Of a stretch of 24,000 nucleotides of DNA, positions 17,618-24,000 are shown one piece after another. Source of the DNA: Crenotrichaceae bacterium. GTDB taxonomy: Bacteria; Pseudomonadota; Gammaproteobacteria; Methylococcales; DRLZ01. The DNA lies in contig DRLZ01000201.1 in the NCBI GenBank assembly GCA_011322755.1, positions 3,021 to 27,020 on the forward strand. Reading direction: 5' to 3'. The stretch's first letter is position 1; each line of letters begins with the position of its first letter. The notes below the pieces were generated by a model. That model was not told the origin of the DNA and made no database searches. It worked only from the letters and a program-made list of their open reading frames with translations. The position numbers and the translations under genes were made by a program.

Positions 17618-18214
17618 ATGAATACACTTCCTTTATTACAACAAACACTCGGTGATGACTGGAGTTCACTTCCAGCGGTCATTCAACGTCATTATCAGCT
17701 TGACCCTCAAGGCAATACCAACAGCGTTATTCATGGCATCATGCATATTCATTATCCTGGTTACATTAAACCGGTAATAAAGATCGCCCGTTTAATGGGC
17801 GCTTTGATCGACTTGAAAGGTGATGCTATGCAGGTAACCGTTAGCAAATGGATAACTGATAATTCAGGTGTATTACAGTGGAGGCGTGATATTCAGGCGC
17901 CTAATGGTAAAACGACTGTGTTTTCTTCACGCATGGAATATCAACGTGATAATGAATTGATAGAGTTTGTCGGACTGGGCTTTGGTATTCGTCTCAGGCT
18001 TGGTGTTGAAAACCACCAGCTAATCTACCGAAGTAATGGACATCTATGGCAATTCTGGAAAATCAGGATACCAATACCCGATGTGTTGTTCCTCGGACAT
18101 GCAACCATTATCGAAAAACAGGTTGATGACGAGAGCTTTGAACTGGATTTTAAAATCATTCACCCAATGTTTGGGAAAACCTACGAATATGGTGGCACTT
18201 TCCATTATCAATAA
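17618..18214 (+). CDS. DUF4166-like domain protein (soluble)
   Basis: The 198-aa ORF starts 3 nt after the upstream stop codon. The N-terminal LGDDWSSLPAVIQRHY resembles the DUF4166 signature (LG..W..LP..V.R.H). The family assignment is from memory only. Confidence 0.55.
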   Translation: MNTLPLLQQTLGDDWSSLPAVIQRHYQLDPQGNTNSVIHGIMHIHYPGYIKPVIKIARLMGALIDLKGDAMQVTVSKWITDNSGVLQWRRDIQAPNGKTTVFSSRMEYQRDNELIEFVGLGFGIRLRLGVENHQLIYRSNGHLWQFWKIRIPIPDVLFLGHATIIEKQVDDESFELDFKIIHPMFGKTYEYGGTFHYQ

Positions 18215-18896
18215 GAAAAATCAAAACTAAATACAAGTGGGTTTTGTATCACCTGTCATTCTATTCAACCATATGAGGCTATTGCTAATAATGAGAAACT
18301 GTATGTTCTATACCAACTTGGTTTAATCGCCGCACTGGGTATAGGGTTCGCATCTTATGTACTTATCTTTACTGTGTTTGGCAGGGATGTGACGATGAAA
18401 AAATTGGAAGTTCGTCGTTCTTCATTGTGCCATTCTGCAGTGGGGTAACAATGGGCTTGTTTTTGCATTCATACCCAAACTTACTTCAAGAGGAAAAAAA
18501 GGGGACAGATTTATTTTCATTCGTCTTATAGTGCGTTTGATTTCGTGACTGCTCGTTGATTGATGGCAATTCAGAGTGGTGAAGATTGCTGAGTCGTGAT
18601 GGTGTGCTTTCCTTAATATGTCTATCTGGTATCTTTCCTCTTGAGTAAGTTGAGTTGTGCAGGCAGTAATTCAATCAGCTGGAAAATACTTGACCCGACT
18701 GGCACTTGAGTTCAAAGTAGGCATTATGTTGCTTGATTGTAAACAGTATTTCATAAAGTAAATTTAGCGGATTATCACAATTTAATCATATTGCCATTAT
18801 CCATATCATGGATTTCCAGCAAGCGAATGTATTATGTATAAATGCTGTTTTACTTCATTGTGAAAAGGCGATGATAATTAATAGGGGCTTTTTATG

Positions 18897-18920
18897 TTAG
18901 TAAGTACCTTAGTAAGTACC
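18897..18920. repeat. Tandem direct repeat 2 x TTAGTAAGTACC
   Basis: I read this directly. It ends 30 nt upstream of the ATG of the large secreted-protein gene. Confidence 0.9.
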
Positions 18921-18950
18921 ATGGTTGTCTGAAATATTTGGAGATAGCTG

Positions 18951-20228
18951 ATGATTCACAGAATATCTGGTTTTCTAAAGCATGACCGCCACTTAGTTGT
19001 TATTCTGCTACTGGTGACTCTATTGGTGGTCGGTAGTTCTAACGCTCACGCATATACAGTTGAATGGGCTGTTCAGGGTCGAGGTGAATCCATTCTTAAG
19101 AATCCACAGATCGCTGTGGATAGCTTAGGCAATATTTATGTTAGCGGAAGTTATGGGACAGAAAGATACCTTTTGCCAGGTTCTAGCGGAAAGGTGACTT
19201 CTAATGTTGAGAAAACTAACGAAACTACGCTCACAAACAAAACAACACAGGATTATTTGTCGAAATACAATAGTAACGGTGAGCTGATTTGGGTAAAAAG
19301 CAGTGATGACAGCTTCGAAAAAATTGCTGTTGATGAAGCTGGTAATTTGTATGCGATGGGTCTTTTCATTATCAAAGAACATCAAAAAAGGTTTAGCACA
19401 AGTGTGGATCGTGTCTATGGTCTTTTGCTGGTGAAGTTTTCTACTAACGGTAACAGGGTTTGGGAGAAACGTGTTGTTAGTGACGGGATTCCTGGTAATT
19501 ACAGCAGTGGTCTTACAGACAGTGAATTTGGAGATCTAAATGGAACGAAATTTGTAGTCGATGGAATGGGTAATTTATACGTTACGGGGCATTTTTATGG
19601 AGGTGCGATTTTTGGAAAAGACGAACCAAATGAAACCAACTTTGATCTATACAGTTCTGCATATGTGGCGAAATACAATGCTGATGGTGAACTGGTCTGG
19701 GTGAAAACCAGGAATAACAATATTGACACAATTGCTGTTGATGATACAGGCTCTTATTATCTGGTCCACCAAAGTGCAAGAAGGCAATTCTTTAGTCGTC
19801 GTCGACTCCATCTGGACAAATACACAGCGAATGGCAAACGAATCTGGTCAAAACAGGTGCTTATTCCTGCGTGTGATAACGAATGTACTCGTAGAAATGG
19901 TCATTTTATTGGCTACCCTGGCATTCATGTGTCTAAGATTCTTGTTGATGGTTCAGAGAGTGTCTACATGGCTGGGTATTTTTTTAATAGTGTAACCTTT
20001 GAACCAGGTGAAATGGGTGAAACCACACTCTTAAACAAATACGCTGAAGGCAGCTACTATATTGCAAAATATACAGCCGTTGATGGCACATTTATAAGGG
20101 TGACACGCCCAGCCAATCATCATGTAATCAAAACAGGTTTTGATATTGACAATGCTGGCAATGTCTTTTTTTCTGGTGTTACTGATTTACACGGGGCTGT
20201 CACCCCTAGGTCAGGGAGAAGTCAATGA
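18951..20228 (+). CDS. N-terminal part of a large secreted SBBP-type beta-propeller protein (signal peptide plus blades 1 to 6), terminated by a frameshift
   Basis: GGAG lies 7 nt upstream of the ATG. The signal peptide is MIHRISGFLKHDRHLVVILLLVTLLVVGSSNAHA|YT. Repeats of the form D..GN.Y..G.F…FG…(F/Y).AKY…G..W.K occur, which is the SBBP beta-propeller repeat pattern. The ORF ends in the middle of a repeat unit (…DIDNAGNVFFSGVTDLHGAVT…). Confidence 0.8.
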   Translation: MIHRISGFLKHDRHLVVILLLVTLLVVGSSNAHAYTVEWAVQGRGESILKNPQIAVDSLGNIYVSGSYGTERYLLPGSSGKVTSNVEKTNETTLTNKTTQDYLSKYNSNGELIWVKSSDDSFEKIAVDEAGNLYAMGLFIIKEHQKRFSTSVDRVYGLLLVKFSTNGNRVWEKRVVSDGIPGNYSSGLTDSEFGDLNGTKFVVDGMGNLYVTGHFYGGAIFGKDEPNETNFDLYSSAYVAKYNADGELVWVKTRNNNIDTIAVDDTGSYYLVHQSARRQFFSRRRLHLDKYTANGKRIWSKQVLIPACDNECTRRNGHFIGYPGIHVSKILVDGSESVYMAGYFFNSVTFEPGEMGETTLLNKYAEGSYYIAKYTAVDGTFIRVTRPANHHVIKTGFDIDNAGNVFFSGVTDLHGAVTPRSGRSQ

Positions 20229-23200
20229 AACGATTCTGAGACACCATTTTCTTGCAAAATATAACCAGGATGGTTTTTTAATTTCTGCTGGAGAAATCGA
20301 TTTCAAATGTGATTGTTTTTCAAATTTCGATCCTGTAGATCTCGTTGATAATGCTGGCAATGTGTATGTGGTGGGGCTTTTCTTTACTCCGCCTGTAACA
20401 TTTGGATCTGGAAAAGGCACTGAGATTACATTAACCAAGAGCAAAGATCTTCATCGGCAAAATAGCGAGTTCTTTTTGGCGAAATATCAACATATTCCAG
20501 ATTTAATCACGCCAGTTACAGGGACGTCAGTCACTGTAGAAAAGCGGATCTCCAGTTTTGCAGATGATGCAGAGGAGTTTGCCACCACAGGTCTTGTGTC
20601 TTTAAACAGTGATCGAATAGTGATGGTCGATAGCAGGAGAGATGATCTTGTTACCAGAAAACCTAAGAACCGACTTGTCGGTTTACGTTTTACTGCTCTA
20701 GGAATTCCAAATGGTGCAACAATCACGCGTGCCTATGTTCAATTCCAGGCTAATCAGGAGAATAAATCAGATACTACAATTGTAACTGACTTGACCATCA
20801 CGGGAGAACTGACTGGGAATTCAACGCCATTTAATACTGAAAACTATAATATTTCGTCGCGCATTCAAACTGATGCAACTGTTAACTGGATTCCTGAGCC
20901 ATGGGATAGAGTGGGCGCATCCGGCAATGAACAGAAAACCAGCAGTATTATCCCGATTGTTCAGGAAATTATCGACCAGCCAGGATGGTCGCCAGGCAAT
21001 TCTCTTGTGGTTATGATTTCAGGGAAAGGTGAACATGATGCTGAATCTTATGATGGTATGTTAGCCGCTGCGCCATTGTTGCATATTACCTATGTTGCTG
21101 GATCGGGAAAAGGTGATTCTGCTTTGGAAGATCCGTTATCTCCTGTTGATACAGTGGTTGTTGTAGACGCGCAAATCACGGCTGGTTCTGATGACGCCGA
21201 AGAAAAAACAGAGTCTGGTTCTGTCAATCTGGTGAGCAAGGATCTTGAACTGGGTGAGAGCCACTACAAAAGCCGTCTTGTGGGCATGCGTTTTACTAAT
21301 CTGAAAATTCCGTATCAGGCCATAATTACTCGCGCCTATCTTCAATTCCAGGTAAATGATAGATCATCCAGGCCAGTGACTTTGAATATTGCAGGTGAAG
21401 CCATCGATGATGCGCCGACTTTTACTGCTTCAAAAGCAAATATTTCTTCAAGAATCAAAACCAGAGCTGTTGTTGAATGGGTTCCAAGACCGTGGATTAT
21501 TCGAGGTACAGCCGGGCCGGACCAACAATCTCCGAACGTTGCTGGTATCATCCAGGAAATAGTCAATCGGCCTGGCTGGTCGAGCGGGAATGCGCTGGCG
21601 TTTATTATCACCGGTAACGGTGAGCGTACTTCTGAATCATTTGAAGGAAACTCCTCAGCAGCACCCTCACTCCATGTGGAATTTTCAACAGCAACTGTCA
21701 GCCCAGCCCTTGATGTGGATGCAGGTTTGGATCAAGTAGTTGTTTTGCCCAATGGTATTTCACTAAACGGTAATATACATATCAACGGCTTACTGAATCC
21801 ACCTGGAATAAAAACAACCTGGCGCCAGGTAAGTGGCTCGGGTACGGTCAAATTTTCAGACCCTTTAGCCATTAAGACAACAGCCAGCTTTGATCGGGAA
21901 GGAATCTATGTTCTGGAATTGACAGCTATTGATGACAGCGTTACCAGTACTGATACAGTCACCATTTCTGTCTATCCTGTTTTGGCTTTTGAGTGGGCGA
22001 TCAATCCACTAGGTAAAAGATCTCAAGTTTTTGATATGACATCTGATGACTCAGGCAATATTTATCATATCGGCCGATTCAGCAAAACACAGATCTTTGG
22101 TCTTGGAACATCTGCTGAAACGATACTGACCAGTTTCGGAAAGAATGATATCTTCATGGCTAAATATGAAGCTGACGGTGATTTTGCCTGGGTTAAACGT
22201 GCCGGTGGGGAATTCGGTGATGCTGGTCTCAGCATCACCACAGATCGATCTGACAACCTCTATGTTTTGAGCAGGTTTGACAGGAATATAACATTTGGTT
22301 CAGGGGAAATTGGTGAAATAACACTGACCAGTAAGCGTGCCAATTTTGCGTTGGCAAAATATACGACTGATGGTGATGTGCTTTGGGCTATACGTATAGG
22401 TAGTGAAACGGGACTCAAACCGAGCAGCCTGGAATATGGAGGTATTATTTCGGATGACTCAGGTAACATTTATCTGACAGGCTACTCTCCTAAACTGGGA
22501 GCAATTGGTTCGAACGAAACGAAAGAAACCAAACTCTTTTTTGGCAGAGACCCCTATGCAGCAAAGTATACCACTGATGGAAAACTGATTTGGGCTAAGT
22601 CGCTTTATAGTCCAGGTAATAGAATCTTTTCTGCTATTACCCTGGATAAATCGGGAAATGTTTACATCGCTGGTTCTGTTTTTAATAGCGTTGGAAATGC
22701 AACTTCAGGATATCCTGTTAGTTTTGGTGAGGGGGAAGTGGAACTTACATTTCACCCCAAAAAACCAGAACTCTATATGGCTAAATATGCTGGTAGCAAC
22801 GGAAAATTGATCTGGGCAAAATATGTGGCAAGGAATCATCCTAAACATAAGCTATCGATTTCAGATATTGCTGTGAACAGTTCTGGCAACATTTTTATCG
22901 GAGGTTTCTTTGAAAGAACAGCAAGTATTGGCTCAAGACAAACAACTGAAATTAAACTCAAAAGTGAGGGACACTTCGATAGTTTCGTTGCAAAATATAC
23001 GACTGATGGCAAAGTTGTGTGGGGTAGAAGTGCTGGTGGAACAGGTTATGATATCAATAAGCATATTGCTATTGACCAATCAGGGAACCTGTATACCTCA
23101 GGTTTTTTTGAAGAAGAATTAAATTTTAAGCTAGAGGAAGGTGGTGAGGTCTTGCTCTCCAGTCATGAAGAAAATGATCAATTTATCTCAAAGTATACGA

Positions 23201-24000
23201 CAGAAGGTAAACTGGTTACAGCCAGAAGCATAGGAGGAATAGGGGGTAAACAAGGGATAGGAGAAGGAGGAATCTGCTGTGTTCGCCAGTTCATGTCTGT
23301 TGATCTTTTTGATAATATTATTGTCTTGGGAGAGTTCCAGGGCTCTGATACTTTTGGACGAAATGAAGTGAATGAAACGATACTCACAAGTGATGGTCGT
23401 AATGACCTGTTTTTGGCGAAGTACAAGGGCAGCTTTGCTTCTTCTAATCCTCCAGTTAAGCGGTCAGTTACAGTGGAAGCACGGGTACTAAGAAGCGCCG
23501 ATGACGTTGAAGAGGTGATCACGACGGGGCATGTCAATATAGACAGTGTAGATTTAGAACTGGGTACAGATGGTGAGAGGAATCAGTTTGTGGGACTTCG
23601 GTTTGATGGGCTTATTATTCCTCGTGGTGCTATGGTCACCAATGCTTATATTCAGTTTCAGGCGAAGAAGATGTCTTCAGGTGCGGCCCGTTTCCTAATT
23701 TATGATATTGCTGCGAATGATGCGTCTTTTGCTAATAGTGATCGCACTATTTCTTCCCGTCAGACCAGCAAAATTGTGGAATGGAATCCTCCACAATGGG
23801 TAAAAGGTGATGCTGGGGGAAACCAGCAAACCCCAAACATTGCCTCACTTATTCAGAAACATGTCGGAAAAGACAGTGACTGGATAATTGGTAGTACGTT
23901 GACATTCCGTATCGAAGGTGATGGCAAGCGCATTGCTGAATCATATGATGGAAATCCAGTGGCCGCTCCACTATTGCTCATTGAGTATGAACTCCAGTAA
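20140..24000 (+). CDS. Continuation of the same protein in the +1 frame: end of blade 6, blade 7, two DDAEE modules, PKD-like domain, second 7-bladed propeller, third DDAEE module
   Basis: The 1286-aa ORF has its stop codon at 23998-24000, the window edge. From about 20206 the translation (LGQGEVNETILRHHFLAKYNQDG) completes the repeat that the upstream ORF breaks off. The first ~22 codons (MILTMLAMSFF…) are the out-of-frame reading of blade 6, so the annotated ATG is probably not a real start. Confidence 0.8.
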   Translation: MILTMLAMSFFLVLLIYTGLSPLGQGEVNETILRHHFLAKYNQDGFLISAGEIDFKCDCFSNFDPVDLVDNAGNVYVVGLFFTPPVTFGSGKGTEITLTKSKDLHRQNSEFFLAKYQHIPDLITPVTGTSVTVEKRISSFADDAEEFATTGLVSLNSDRIVMVDSRRDDLVTRKPKNRLVGLRFTALGIPNGATITRAYVQFQANQENKSDTTIVTDLTITGELTGNSTPFNTENYNISSRIQTDATVNWIPEPWDRVGASGNEQKTSSIIPIVQEIIDQPGWSPGNSLVVMISGKGEHDAESYDGMLAAAPLLHITYVAGSGKGDSALEDPLSPVDTVVVVDAQITAGSDDAEEKTESGSVNLVSKDLELGESHYKSRLVGMRFTNLKIPYQAIITRAYLQFQVNDRSSRPVTLNIAGEAIDDAPTFTASKANISSRIKTRAVVEWVPRPWIIRGTAGPDQQSPNVAGIIQEIVNRPGWSSGNALAFIITGNGERTSESFEGNSSAAPSLHVEFSTATVSPALDVDAGLDQVVVLPNGISLNGNIHINGLLNPPGIKTTWRQVSGSGTVKFSDPLAIKTTASFDREGIYVLELTAIDDSVTSTDTVTISVYPVLAFEWAINPLGKRSQVFDMTSDDSGNIYHIGRFSKTQIFGLGTSAETILTSFGKNDIFMAKYEADGDFAWVKRAGGEFGDAGLSITTDRSDNLYVLSRFDRNITFGSGEIGEITLTSKRANFALAKYTTDGDVLWAIRIGSETGLKPSSLEYGGIISDDSGNIYLTGYSPKLGAIGSNETKETKLFFGRDPYAAKYTTDGKLIWAKSLYSPGNRIFSAITLDKSGNVYIAGSVFNSVGNATSGYPVSFGEGEVELTFHPKKPELYMAKYAGSNGKLIWAKYVARNHPKHKLSISDIAVNSSGNIFIGGFFERTASIGSRQTTEIKLKSEGHFDSFVAKYTTDGKVVWGRSAGGTGYDINKHIAIDQSGNLYTSGFFEEELNFKLEEGGEVLLSSHEENDQFISKYTTEGKLVTARSIGGIGGKQGIGEGGICCVRQFMSVDLFDNIIVLGEFQGSDTFGRNEVNETILTSDGRNDLFLAKYKGSFASSNPPVKRSVTVEARVLRSADDVEEVITTGHVNIDSVDLELGTDGERNQFVGLRFDGLIIPRGAMVTNAYIQFQAKKMSSGAARFLIYDIAANDASFANSDRTISSRQTSKIVEWNPPQWVKGDAGGNQQTPNIASLIQKHVGKDSDWIIGSTLTFRIEGDGKRIAESYDGNPVAAPLLLIEYELQ
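20530..21093 (+). other. Unassigned ~188-aa 'DDAEE' module, copy 1
   Basis: The sequence is VTVEKRISSFADDAEEF…RLVGLRFTALGIPNGATITRAYVQFQ…NISSRIQT…WIPEPW…GWSPGNSLVVMISGKGEHDAESYDG…AAPLLHITY. It carries an insertion where copies 2 and 3 have DLELG. Confidence 0.75.
21154..21684 (+). other. Unassigned ~177-aa 'DDAEE' module, copy 2
   Basis: The sequence is VVVDAQITAGSDDAEEKTESGSVNLVSKDLELGE…RLVGMRFTNLKIPYQAIITRAYLQFQ…NISSRIKT…WVPRPW…GWSSGNALAFIITGNGERTSESFEG…AAPSLHVEF. Confidence 0.75.
21709..21978 (+). other. PKD-like / Ig-like beta-sandwich domain
   Basis: The sequence is LDVDAGLDQVVVLPNGISLNGNI…TTWRQVSGSGTVKFSDP…TASFDREGIYVLELTAIDDSVTSTDTVTISVYP. This is the typical VDAG.DQ…W.QVSG.G.V.F…G.Y.L.L.A.D… pattern. 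Confidence 0.7.
23467..23997 (+). other. Unassigned ~177-aa 'DDAEE' module, copy 3 (C-terminal)
   Basis: The sequence is VTVEARVLRSADDVEEVITTGHVNIDSVDLELGTDGERNQFVGLRFDGLIIPRGAMVTNAYIQFQ…ISSRQTS…WNPPQW…ESYDGNPVAAPLLLIEYELQ*. Confidence 0.75.

Noticed and set aside
18486-18674. A 62-aa minus-strand ORF in the long intergenic region.
   Set aside because: It has no RBS, its composition is odd (polar, low complexity), and it has no recognisable features. It is probably a chance ORF in AT-rich DNA.
18700-18714. A sigma-54-like element, TGGCAC-N5-TTCA, about 240 nt upstream of the giant gene.
   Set aside because: The -24 half is good, but the -12 half lacks the conserved GC (TTGC). A single half-match is not enough to call an RpoN promoter.
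20140-20205. The hydrophobic N-terminus MILTMLAMSFFLVLLIYTGLSP of the second large ORF, which looks like a signal peptide or anchor.
   Set aside because: It is the out-of-frame reading of T-rich codons in blade 6 of the upstream ORF. It has no positively charged n-region and no SD. The repeat unit is completed only when the two frames are joined. I cannot fully exclude it as an independent start, so I have noted it under the frameshift finding.
1-24000. A search for CRISPR arrays, IS elements or transposases, integrases, phage genes, toxin-antitoxin pairs or known defence-system genes.
   Set aside because: I saw no regularly spaced direct repeats, no terminal inverted repeats flanking ORFs, and no recombinase-, nuclease-, ATPase- or defence-like proteins among the translated ORFs. 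The accessory-looking part contains only the elements reported above.

Overview
The window looks like a chromosomal segment from a Gammaproteobacteria-type genome with moderate-to-low GC (judged by eye). I could not assign a species. About 60% of it (1-14.7 kb) is a housekeeping backbone. It contains lipA, a cobalamin-riboswitch-controlled btuB operon with a BtuM-like membrane protein, and the divergent metG/apbC(mrp) pair. It also contains a Pseudomonas-type dcd, a classical SDR, apaG-apaH convergent with folA, two DUF937-type proteins and a Kbp/YgaU-like BON-LysM protein. From about 14.8 kb the content becomes accessory-like. First comes a decayed SMR-family efflux gene. Next is a GbsR/MarR-type regulator with a four-gene operon of unknown function (SDR-DoxX fusion, DUF2269-like, DUF4166-like). 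A 736-bp AT-rich non-coding gap follows. The last locus (18951-24000) encodes a very large secreted protein that ends exactly at the window edge. Read as one protein, it has a signal peptide, a seven-bladed SBBP-type beta-propeller and two copies of a ~180-aa module I cannot assign (motif [SA]DD[AV]EE ... VG[LM]RF ... AY[VLI]QFQ). A PKD-like domain, a second seven-bladed propeller and a third copy of the module follow. The reading frame is broken by a +1 shift inside blade 6 of the first propeller. The other notable observation is a perfect 16-bp palindrome, TGTTTCACGTGAAACA, present three times within 2.1 kb around apaGH/folA. I saw no CRISPR array, tRNA, rRNA, transposase or integrase.
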